A stretch of 64,000 nucleotides of DNA, from NCBI GenBank assembly GCA_030141605.1, contig JAQGDQ010000534.1, positions 1 through 64,000 of the forward strand. The letters run 5' to 3'. Made by a program: the position numbers and the translations under genes. Positions within the stretch are counted from its first letter, which is position 1. The number at the start of each line of letters is the position of its first letter. Below the pieces are notes generated by a model. It was not told where the DNA came from, made no database searches, and saw only the letters and a list, made by a program, of their open reading frames with translations. The DNA comes from Tubiluchus corallicola. Its lineage: Eukaryota; Animalia; Priapulida. Below are positions 43,207-54,750 of this stretch, piece after piece.

Positions 43207-46200
43207 ATTTGTAATTAATTTTCCACTTGAATTCATGCTAATTATATGTTGCGTGTGCTTATTAAGAAAGCGTTAAAATCATTTTTGTGTTTGCAAATCA
43301 AAACCATCCGTAAGTCGGCATAGTTAAAACTGCGTTATGATGCATTCGAAGTAGAATGTACGAAAAATTGGATCAAATCTTTTATAAAAACAATAGGCTA
43401 AATATATTGGACTTTTATATTTTAAATCAACGTTAAATCATCACGAAAAGGCTTGAGCAAAAATACTAGAGATTTAATTTAAAACCCTGTTCCCACTTCT
43501 CTGGCTAAAACTAGTAATGCAATTGTAAAACTCCTACTTTCAAAGTCCGATTGTAACTCGTGGAAGCTGCCATTATGCTTGCACTTTTTTCTCTTGCCAA
43601 GTCCAGATCTTCATCTGGAAAACCCATCTACTGGATTTAAACATAACTTCAACTTGCTCTTGCAGAATCCATAGCAACCAACATCTGTGCAATTGCTAAG
43701 TGTTTTGTAGAAACGCGACAAAAAACAATAGCTGACTTTAACAGTGTTTTTCTCAAGGTTGTTTTTCAGTGTGCAGCCTGCACCTCAACTTCAACGTGGA
43801 TTATCTCAGCTTAGAAATAACATAGAGCGATGAACTTGGTATTAAAATGATCCTCGTGAAATGAAGATTCAGGATATGTGAATGACTAGAAAAGCTTAAT
43901 TGTCGACTTATTGAGAATTTTGCTATGCAAACACACATTTTTGTTTCAATTGTGTGACTGATTTTATTTTGCATTTCAAGATTTTGTAAAGTGCAAAACA
44001 AAATATTTACATAAAAACACTCAGCATAAACATCTTCTATCAGTAGACCTGGTGGTTTGCTTACATGTTAACAATTCTATCCTGATTTGTGCTGTACTCA
44101 ATCAAGTTCCAAATCCAGGCGAAGTTAAATCCGGCCTTTGGTTGAAATCAGTCTAAAATTTAACAATGTATAAATAGTTGCTTGTGTGAAATTGGCAAAA
44201 ATGGATTGGCACACGTATTGTCACTTGCACTGCAACGCGCTAATGAAATTAACTAAGCAAACAACTCACTAGTGTAAATTTCAAAGTCGTGTGTATATCT
44301 CTTCCACCCCAGTAAGAAGATTAGTTCTTGTTGGCATAAGAAGAAAGCAGTGAAGAGCACGTTCCTTAGCCAAGGCTGCTTACAAGGCAAGCACTTGACC
44401 AACTGAGCCACCCAAGTAGATCTATTCCAGTAAACTACTTTTCCAGTGTAGTTTTTTTTCTACTAGATCGGATGCCATTAACCCTTACAAGACGGTTGTA
44501 GCTTAATGTCACTGTACTACACAGACTGTGTGATACATATTACTAAAATGCATTGTAATGAAATTACCACTATCTGTCCTGAAAGTAGAAATATATGGTT
44601 TGTAATATAAATTTTAACAACTTCTAAAATAGTTTCTTGAGTGTAGTAGTGCAGTAGTAATGATGTACGGAGGTCGGATGTAAAAAAATCGTTATTAGGC
44701 CTTTCTGTACTTGCCTCCTTGATCAAACTGCCTGTAGCCCGCAGGAATTGCAGGAAAGTTTAATGTGGCCCGGCTAGTCAGATAATTTGCGCACCCCTGT
44801 CATACACAATCATTGCAAACATAGAAATGAGAGAACAACATTTGTATGCCTATATTATTCATATATATGTACTATAAATGTGTGGTACTGCGCCATTGAG
44901 GATACAATACAATTTCCCACTGCTGGTTTGAAAAGAGAACAATAAAAATTCACTCCCTGCCAGGTTTTGAACTTGGGCCTCCTGCAGATTTCAAGTATTT
45001 ATTTATAACTTAAAATGATTCAGCATTTCTTTGCTACAGATAAGTTTGGAAATCAATGGTACAATTTCAATATTTTATATAAGCTGAGGTAAAAGAAGTT
45101 TAGTGGTAGTTACATTATCATGCTTGCTAAAAGGGAAGAAAAGGGATACCTGAAGTAGGTTTCAGAAAAATCGTCTTAAAAAGTATGTTACTTTATAGCA
45201 ATTCGATGCATATATAGTATTGCTCATATGTTGTTTTCATTTTTAATCTCCCGCAATACTGTTGCGACCGCGCCATTACATGACGTCATATACGTACAGT
45301 GTAAATCGGGGGAAGAAAAGGAAATGTTAAATTATGTCCCAAAAAACTTTCCATGCAAAGTTATGTTACTTAGCATTTTGCTTACCTGTTAGAAAGGCTT
45401 ATGTAACTAGAAAAGAAAATTCTTAATTATTTAAAATGCTTTCACCAATTGGTAAAATGTCGCTAACTCACCCTCCAGGGTGCACCACTTACTAATCAAA
45501 AATGTATTTTTAATCTTATTGACAAGATGCAGTAATTTAGAATTTTACTTAATTAGTGACGTGTGCGCTACGAATGCTCTGATTATTTTCTCAAACTTTA
45601 CACAATGTTATCTAAGCTTTCAAACGACTTAACGTCAAAATGGCTGCGCTTAACGGTCATTGCAGGAGTTTAATACAGCGCTACTGCCAACTCAAGCCCT
45701 GCATGCAAAAAGACAGTATGTAAGTGGTATAAAATTTTAAGACGAATTTTTTTAAGCTTTATGTAAGTGGAGGGGTTTCTCATGCTTTAGGGTAAATTAT
45801 GAAAAACTTTTCAAGATGGCTGGTTTAAATTTAACTTTTCCTATGTAATAGTGGTCAAACCTAAAATTACATACTGGTTTTTAGCAAGCCAATCAACAAT
45901 ACTTTGTTAAATTCACCCTACGCGACTTAGTAAAAATTGTCATTCACGTTACGTAGTTAGGTTGCTTATATCGCTTGTTTGTCTGGAGTGTTTATATTTC
46001 TTGTTGTATTAAAATCTGCATAATTCCGTCCAATCTAAGTCACAAATAACAACTCCGTCCTGCATTCCATTGTAAAGCAAGTTTGTACTTGTTTATATTT
46101 GTTTACACTTGTTTGTTCTATTTATTAATGTATTGTTGTAATGTTATTGTACAGTATTAATGCTACCAATAAGTGTAATATTAAGTAAACAGAGTAAACA

Positions 46201-46750
46201 AATTATGTGGTCCTAGGGAGGTATTTGCAGTCCACATACATGCATACTGTATAAAATGCTTGTAGAACGAGACTATGAGTTCAGATCCAAATCCACATTC
46301 ATGATTGCATTTCTCACTTGACTATGTTTGGTCCAGTGTGGATTTGCTCATAGTCCTTTAATTTTGATTCTCTGAAAATGAAACGGAATTTCGGTGTTAG
46401 TGTCGTTTCACTATTTATCACTCACAGACACAGATGTGTATTGCATTTTCTTTGATTATTCTATCAAACCAGTTTTTTACTAATAAATGTGAATTTGTTT
46501 GCAAAATTGCATTTCCTTTTACATTTTTGTTTGACAATTACGAAGAAATATCACATTTCAAAATACGTCTGGTGACTATACCCTTCCCTGCCTGCGCTGT
46601 ACCATTTTTCTTACTCAGGACTGGCTCTACCGGTAGGCTAACTAGGCCGTTGCCTACGGCGCTATATTTTAGGGAACGTCAAATCCTGGAAGTAATTCTT
46701 TCACATTTTAAATTTTGTGTAAATAATTAGCATAGTGTATGTGCAACTTC

Positions 46751-47297
46751 TTAAAGGAAAACCGGACGATTGTGTATTAGTTCAGAATGAAGAATACTCT
46801 AAAATATCGAAAACTACAATAGCTTTTTTTAAATCAAAGCTTAGATTAAATAATAATTACCTCGGGTGCTCAAATTTTGTTAAACTTTCAAAGTTACGCG
46901 CGGCTCAGTGAATCTACTAAGATTGGCAGTGGCGACTTTTTATCACGTTCGCGTGGCCGACAAATAGAAGGCGTTGCCGTGATAAGCATGATCATGAACT
47001 GCAGTGTTAGTTTCTGACGTCATATGACGTAGAGCCCACTTTCGTGACATCGCGCGTTTAAGCAGTAACACTTACACAAACGTGCTTGACGAGTGAGGGA
47101 GAACGCCTGCCATTGCACAAACTGTGGTTAGTTTCTGACGTAAGCAGTAGCTGTGTTTGGCTGTCGTTAATTAACTATCTAAGCTAATTATTCAAATATA
47201 AGAAACAACTGCTAACTTTTATAAGCAAGAAAACGTATATTTTGAATAATGAATTAAAATGAGATTGAGTCTAAACAATCATCCGGTTTTGCTTTAA
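46751..47297. mobile_element. TTAA-flanked MITE family A (Kolobok-like); other copies at 5319-5670 and inverted at 39928-40470
   Basis: TTAA-AGGAAAACCGGA...TCCGGTTTTGCT-TTAA termini; internal sequence shared among the three copies. Confidence 0.8.
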
Positions 47298-47549
47298 GTG
47301 CACAATGAACTAGTTGCGTTATTTTCCAGTATAAATGTACGATTTATCGATAACAGAAAGCGTTTTCCCACAACAAGCACTCTATTTTTGCTTTATCTGG
47401 TTTCCTAAGATTACGTCATTTCTGACACTACGTCACGCAGACTTTACCTACGTATTAACCTGCTTTTGCCCGCAGTTTCTACATAAGTACTTATAGAATA
47501 TTACTCTTCGTTAGTAAAAAAATTCTTGCAATAACATTTATCTAACTAT

Positions 47550-47926
47550 ATGTGTGTGTGCGTGTGCGTGTGTGTGTGTAAGAGAGAGAGAGGAGGGAGA
47601 GGGAGAGAGAGAGGGGAAGGAGAGGATGAGATGGAGAGAGAGGAGGGAGAGAGAGACAGATATGGAGAGAGAGAGGGAGATGGAGAGAGAGAGGAGGGGG
47701 AGAAAGAGAGATGGAGAGAGAGAGAGGGGGGGTTGAGAGAGAGGAGGGGAGAAAGAGAGACAGAGAGAGAGAAAAAGAGATGGAGAGACGGGGAGAGAGA
47801 TAGGAGGGAGATGGAAAGAGATGGAGAGACGGGGAGAGAGAAAGGAGGAAGGAGGGAGATGGAAAGAGAGAAGGGGGAGAAAGAGAGATGGAGAGAGAGG
47901 AGAGAGATGGAGAGAAACAGAGAGAG
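47550..47926. repeat. (GT)n plus GA-rich polypurine tract
   Basis: Directly visible. Confidence 0.9.
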
Positions 47927-49905
47927 TTGGATAAATGCTATTGTATATAACTAAATTTATAAGAATCGAAAGGCAAAAAACCTTGTGACTTATATAGAGT
48001 ACATTGTAGTCTTATATCCAATTACAAATTCAGACAGTAGAAGCTGTAGATAGGGATACGTAATTAACTATACTTAATTAGTGCACATGCATAAGCATCA
48101 ATAAAATATCATTATACTTTATCATAATAGTATACAAGAGAAAGTCAGTATTGGATGCGTGGTGGGGAAGGGGTTGTGGGGAGAGGGCACTAAAACAGTT
48201 TTGCCCAGGGCGTCAAACTACGTAAAGCCGGCCCTGTCCTTGCACACCAGTACAAAAATGTCCCATGTTACATTCCTTCTACCCTCGAACAATCAGGACT
48301 TGGAACAAGCTCTCCAGCCAGAGCAGTAAAGGCGAGTTCTTTTGAGATGTTCTGGCAAGTGTCACTTGATGCCATTAGAGGCCTTTTCATATGGGTAGAT
48401 TGTAAAAAAATTACACGTTTCTAAATGCACGCTAATAAACCACATCGAGCACGTTGTTCCTTTGTGATATTGGCAGTACTTTCTCTACCTTGCAACAGAC
48501 GCTACCACAGTGCTTATGTCGGACATGTGCGCATAGCCGCATGCGCACAACAGCCAAACATCACGTTGCTGGGGCCGTAAGGGCACTGTGCTGTGCTGTT
48601 AAGTAAACAGTACTACCCTCACGTGCTCTGGTTGCGTACAAGTATAAAGAAAGAACTAACGAAAAAAGAGACTTAATATATTGAATATTATCGATAATAT
48701 TGAGTGAAAACGGGGTGCTGCAGTTCCACAGTACCTATAGACAAGCCGTCACTGGGTCCGTTGCTCTTAACCAGAACATTCTACCCGGAAAACTTATCAT
48801 TGTTTCAAGAATTGCTTTGTTATACACGTGCAAGCAACAAACAATGTAATATAACGCTCTTCGTCAAACAACAATTGACATTCCAATCCCGGAAGTGTTC
48901 TATGTAGCATTCGATTTTTTCCATTACAGGTAATTATAGTCGTTGAGTGAAAAATACAGATTTTCACAATCTAATGAGTCGTGAGAGCGTTTTTGCGTTA
49001 AAAAAATTCATACATACGTATATGGTGAGTGAAAACTATGGATTTTCGTAATGAGTGGTGAAAGTGACATTCATGAATTAACACAAAAATGGCGGATACT
49101 AATGTCGCATTGCACGTCGGAATTGCGACGGTTTATCTGCAACTGTTGACTTCAATTACTTTCGGATATGATGAGAATTTATGTGACTTTTTCCAGAAAA
49201 AATTACTGACGTTTATAGGCCTGTGTACGTTGATATATTGCGCGAAATTGGCTGCAAGGCTACGTACTCGGTGCCTTCATGTAAAGTGGAATGTCGATAC
49301 CAATGGAGTGATTTTTACAAGAAGAAAACTGGGCCTGCGCAATGAGGATACAGTGAACTCGAGCTGCAAAGTGTCAATCAACACATGCCTAAAGAATTAG
49401 ACATACTGGACATTTACACCTATCAGGAGAGAAAGCTACCACACGATTTTCTGAGAGGACGTACGATAAATCATTTAGGATTGATACATTTTGCGATTGA
49501 CAAGCTTGAAGATGATGACATTACAGCTGCAGACGTTAGACACATAAATCTGTTTTACTTCGCAGGAATGACAACGATCGAGTCGCGTGCTTTTGCAAGG
49601 TGGAATGGGTTAAAAGTCATAAATGTGAGGAGCGATTAATTTAACTAAAGCAGACTTAGATTTGAGTTCAAATCCAAACATTAGAATGATTAGTTTGTAC
49701 AACACAGGGTTGCAGCACATGGCTATGCCAAAGCTACATCTATTCATTCATTCCAGTTGAGTCAGCATAGGCATTTCAGGTACTTCTGTATTTTTATTAG
49801 TAATTTGGCAGTATTACGTATATATAGGTACTATCTGAGCACTGGCATTATATGAATAAAAACAATATAAAGACATAATAATATAACACATACAATATAA
49901 AAAAA

Positions 49906-50025
49906 GACTATGGCCAAATCACGTTGAAAACACCGGTTCTCGTCTGATCACCGAAGTTAAGCAACGTAGAGCCTGGTTAGTACTTGGATGGGTAACCGCC
50001 TACGAATACCAGGTGCTGTAGGCTT
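49906..50025 (+). rRNA. 5S: 5S rRNA gene copy/pseudogene (probable head of a SINE3-like element)
   Basis: 120 nt matching metazoan 5S (ATCACGTTGAAAACACCGGTTCTCGTCTGATCACCGAAGTTAAGC...GGTTAGTACTTGGATGGG...GTGCTGTAGGCTT); a few substitutions; no oligo-T terminator. Confidence 0.88.
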
Positions 50026-50362
50026 GCGGGATGCCCTGCTAGATGGAGGAGCGGCACAAGCAGCCAACGGCTAGAGAGCGGAGGAGGTCAAGTGACCCAA
50101 CGGCCATGCAGCTCCTGCAGCCAACCTGGTGCCAAACGTATCGCTCCGCTTTCCTTTGGACTACACCAGGGAGGAAGAGAGGGGTTCCTGTTGTCTGGGC
50201 AACTCAGGATCTCCATACACCTTGCCCAGGCGTGCGCCCTGGAGACGTTCAAGGATCGCACTGCTCAGCCACTGTCGACGCTGCAGGTCCATCAATGTGA
50301 TCAATAACTGACTCTCTTGGCGCACACTCCATTGTCTTCCGAGACAGAAGGATGCCAACCAT
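49906..50362 (+). mobile_element. 5S-derived SINE-like retroposon (5S head + ~335-bp GC-rich body)
   Basis: Flanked by direct repeat AATATAAAAA (49894-49903 and 50363-50372); body is far more GC-rich than the flanks. Confidence 0.6.
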
Positions 50363-51069
50363 AATATAAAAAGGAAAATTGGCTAAATTGATTTTGCTAG
50401 AGAAACCAGACTCACTGGCAAATATAATGATTTTAAATATATGCTAGAGTATACTTTATTTTAAGTCGTATCACATAAACAATAAGCATAAGCTATGAAG
50501 TGTTCACAACCAACTAATAAAAACGTAGCTAACAAATACAAGTAAAAATATACCTGTATATTTTGTATGGGTACATTTAAACCATAAATGCATTGTTTTC
50601 CAATAAATAATTTTAGTGAAACTACTAGCTATATTTTTATACAACTATAATACTACATTTTTTATAATATATAGGCATAAACATATCACCCGATAGCGAC
50701 ATTGAATATTTTGACATAAAACCGCCATCACCATGGAAGATGGCCATAAAGACCACACGAAATAATGAATTTTTTTGATGATCGTGACCAGGTCTTCGAA
50801 CATAAGGCAAAATAAAAAAGAATTGCCTCTTTCAAGCTGTAGTTATTATTCCTATGACCGTAGTGGATTCGCATTGAAAGTGTAACGTGCAGGCGTGAAC
50901 AAACATATCGGAAATTACAGCCTGACGTAGCGGCGATGAAACTGCGTCTGTAAACACTTTTGTACGATGGAGTAACACTCACGAAATGACTACACGAAAA
51001 AACAAAAACATGATTTTTCGATGTTTCTTAACAAATAATGTAGCTACTTTAATTACCTACCACTTACAG

Positions 51070-51250
51070 ATCTTTTGTGAGGCCTCTTCTAGAGTTTGGT
51101 CCAAGACATTGACTGCATTGAAGGGGTTCGGCGCAATTTTACACGCAGGCTTTTTGATCGGTGCCAATTAGGACACATCCCATATATGAGTAGACTAAAT
51201 GAAACTGGTTTGCAGACACTCGACGTGAGGCGCGTTATTTTTTATTTAAA
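51070..51250 (+). mobile_element. CR1/L2-group LINE fragment
   Basis: VWS...DIDCIEGVRRNFTRRL...YMSRLNETGLQTLDVRR. Confidence 0.65.
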
Positions 51251-51284
51251 ATGGCGCATAATCTTACATTATGTCGTCAGTGCA

Positions 51285-51980
51285 GTCAAAAGTTGTTAAT
51301 TTCTTAGGCGTTAAGTTGGACAACATACTTACGTGGGAAGAGCAGTTCATCAACATTTATAAAAAAATAGCATTAGTACTTCGTATTTTCGACAAATCAG
51401 AGGACAGCTATCAAAACAAACAATAATTCTAATTTACAAAACTTTAATTTTGCCCCATTATTTATATGCCTGCATACTGTACCAAAATGTGAAAAGAGAG
51501 TCATACATCAAATTAAATGTACTTCAAAACTATGCTTTGCGATTAGTTAATGGTCGTTCTTTGAAATCATCTCACAATACAAGTAAATATTCTGCCACCT
51601 GTAGAACGAACAATCAATATGGAAAGAATTCCATTACTAAGCAACCAATACAACTTTGGAATTCATTACCGACATCACTAAAACACAGCAGCTCTTTATC
51701 AATATTCAAGTCTAAATTAAAAAAACATTTAATGACTCGTTTTGAGTATCCGACATACGACCACGATGATACTTACTCAAATCATAATTTCATTTTTCCT
51801 AAACTAGTTTATATTTTATTTTTGAATTTCTAGTTGCACTTATAGTTTAGCTTGCACCAGACGCATTTGCCCAGAACAGTGTATGTTTTTTATACGAACT
51901 AACAATGATTGTCTGTCTTTTATTATGATGGTCAATGTTTTTAAAATGGCAAATAAAGATTTTACTACTACTACTACTTA
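51285..51980 (+). mobile_element. L2/Crack-like LINE 3' end with (TAC)n tail
   Basis: FLGVKLDNILTW, LIYKTLILPHYLYA, LQNYALRL, LWNSLPTSLK..SSLSIFKSKLK; AATAAA followed by TAC repeats. Confidence 0.75.
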
Positions 51981-52056
51981 TAGATGAGGAGGATGCATAA
52001 CAGAATGATGTATGTACTGATAAAACTTTGTTAAATAAGAGAAAAAAGAAATGCGT

Positions 52057-52557
52057 TGTTACGGCATAAAGTCAAAAGTGAGGAGAGACGAAACTGCTGA
52101 GTCACGTGTATAGAAAATGCCCTCCTTTTACGTTCCGAGTAGCATTTTTACCATTGGTCATCGATGATTAAATTTACAAAAAACTTTACCTTTACGAGGG
52201 GGAAATGGGCGTCCCCCTCTGATATCCGGGTAAGCGCTTGTTTCAAACAAAACAGACAACCTGCAAACAACAAACGCAGGCGAAAAGGTGCATCAGACAC
52301 GTGGATTAATAAGAACTATAAATGCCTTTATTAAAACTCATAAAGATACAAAATAACACCAAACTCTGTAAAAAATCTAAGACAAAAGCGGCTTTCTTTC
52401 CGTCTGCTAAAAAAGTAGTCCCAACTCCTCCTTGCCAAATAATTCCACATTAACAAAAAAAGAAGAAAATCGCTGCTCCCTACATTTCTCGCGAATATTT
52501 ACCTGATTCGCGTCAACGCGAGCGTGACGTCGTCTGAGATGAACCTATAATATAACA
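52057..52557 (-). mobile_element. LTR (probable 3' LTR of a decayed minus-strand LTR retrotransposon)
   Basis: TGTTA...TAACA inverted termini, ~500 bp; on the minus strand the purine tract AGTAAAGGGGA immediately precedes TGTTAT; internal AATAAA on minus. Confidence 0.55.
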
Positions 52558-53535
52558 TCCCCTTTACTGTGAGAGAAAAAGTTCAATTAGACTAACAGAT
52601 GAATCTTTCGACATGAACATGCTTATAGGCATTACAGCAAATGATATACTATATACTACTCTTATACTACAGCAAATAATATAACATATAAGATCGTACA
52701 TAAACTGATAAATTTAAATTTTGAAGATTTCTTCACTTTTGGGCGAACCACCCATTTGCGACGACATAACTATGAACTTTCTATCAATTCTTCTATGATG
52801 AACATGTATAAACATGTTTTCAAGCAGAATTTGTAGTAGTATATGGAATGACCTCAGTTATGATATTATTATTTCACCCAGTCTGTCAGTTTTAAGCCAT
52901 CAAGAAAATGTTAAAAGTATCAAAAAGTGTTAAGAGCTGTTTAGACTGACAGTTTTTGTTTGTCAGTTTTAGTTCGACAGTTTAAAAACTGATCGTGTAA
53001 ACGGTACATAAGTTACAGAACTTTCTTTCTGCTTTTGTGTAAAACTGAAGCTTCACAAAGTATTGCATTTGACGTTTAACTTGGTTAATACTTTTTCAGG
53101 TGCTCTCATATGTGACTGTAATCTTGCTTGGACAAAAAATAACACATGGAAGGAGAGTGTAGTCATATGTAAGGAGCCTCCTATTCCTCGCTCAGAACAA
53201 CTCACACTTGATAAGTTTCTTCCTTGTACAAACACCAATTCTGAATAAAAAATGTCTCCCTGGTGAATGTTTATCTTGCATAAAACCGTAGTCATTAAAA
53301 CGTTGCTTGTCATTGTTGCTTTTTCAATTGCTTGTGCCATTTTTTTCTTTCATTGTATAGCTAGGCCTACGTGTCACAGACAATGTTACTGCTTGTAGCG
53401 ATATGTAAATAAATGAGTTCTTGCATAATGCATTTCAATGTTCGCATCTTTTACTCAATGTGCTTCTTACTGTCTCCTGATTTTATTTTTAACACATAAT
53501 AATTACATAAGATATTGTTAACATATCCTGTATTG

Positions 53536-54035
53536 CAGGGGTGTGCAAATTGCGGCCCCCGGGCCATTTGCGGCCCGTCGAGAGAATTTGTGTGGAGAGA
53601 TTTGTCAACCTAATGGAAGTGCGGCCCAGGCAATTAATTGAATGTATCCAGCTGAAGTCCGTGCCAGAATCCCAAAGATAGTGCGGGTAGTTTTTCCTAC
53701 TAGATCGGATGCCATTAGCCCTTACAAGACGGTTGTAGCTTAACGTCACTGTACTACACAGACTGTGTGATACACATTACTAATATACATTGTAATGAAA
53801 TTACCACTATCTGTCCTGACAGTAGAAATATATGGTTTGTAATATAAATTCTAATAACCTATAAAAAGTTTCTTGAGTGTAGTAGTAATGATGTACGCAG
53901 GTCGGATGCAAAAAAAATCGTTATTAGGTCCTACTGTACTTACTGTACTTAGCTCCTTGATCAAAGTGCCTGTGGCCCGCAGAATTGCGGGAAAGTTTAA
54001 TGTGGCCGGCTAGTCAGATAATTTGCACACCCCTG
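53536..54035. mobile_element. hAT-type MITE, intact
   Basis: TIR CAGGGGTGTGCAAATT / AATTTGCACACCCCTG; perfect 8-bp TSD CTGTATTG; partial second copy at ~44450-44798. Confidence 0.9.
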
Positions 54036-54750
54036 CTGTATTGTCTGAAGGAAAAAATATTGACAAATGAGAATATCAACAACTATCGTCTTACACCAGA
54101 AATAGTTCTATGAATCATATTTTCTGAACGCGTATTCAACTATTCATACCTTCATCTATATATTGTACAGTGAGTAGTCGTAAACATAGACATTTACTTT
54201 CTCCAATAATGTGTCACAAATTTCCATTTTTCAAAAAACTACTTTATCCGTTGAGATGGGGGAGTGATCTAGTCACTCACCCCTTATAAATTAATATTGT
54301 AATAGCAAAAAGAACTTAATGACACAAGATGCAATTATTGTTAATTAGTTAAATAAAATGATCAAAATAAATATCGAATTGTTTGCAGCAAATTATATAC
54401 TTAAAAATTAATTTTTCATTAACAGAAGTGTAAAATTTCATTTAAATCATTTTACTATTCTTTGAGCAACATAGCATTTCAAACATTGCTTACAAACAGT
54501 AAACACATGGCGTTCCATTGTATGCAGCAATTTCAAGATGCATCTTGCACAAATTAATGCAAGTCAAATGTTCACGATGAAGCATCCTTTTTCCCTTAAT
54601 TCGTTGAAAGTGCTGCATCATTGTTACGGAATGTTAGAATCGATACCAATTGTTTTCATTGGAATGTTATATTAAACCACGAACTCAGATAAACATTTTA
54701 CAGAAGTCATGCAGCTTGTATAAACAATAAACACCATTGCTAGACTTCCG

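Larger units (their letters stand above)
46616..48236. mobile_element. hAT-like non-autonomous element (second copy 7752-9007), each with a nested TTAA MITE
   Basis: CAGG.C.GGCTCTACC...GGCCGTTGCCTA left end and TTTGCC.AGGGCGTCAAACTAC...GCCCTG right end shared by both copies. Confidence 0.7.
49089..53248 (+). pseudogene. LRR-like secreted protein paralog 1 (exons 49089-49779, 53100-53248), disrupted
   Basis: Homologous to the genes at 54751 and 59979 (GCKATYS..CKVECR, RAFARW, KADLDLS.NP, GISG|ALICDCNLAW). Frameshifts near 49200 and 49635; in-frame TGA at 49343 and 49758. Confidence 0.85.

Noticed and set aside
49343-49760. In-frame TGA codons in LRR paralog 1 as selenocysteine/readthrough
   Set aside because: They align to Arg and Trp positions in the paralogs and co-occur with two frameshifts, so simple pseudogenisation explains them.
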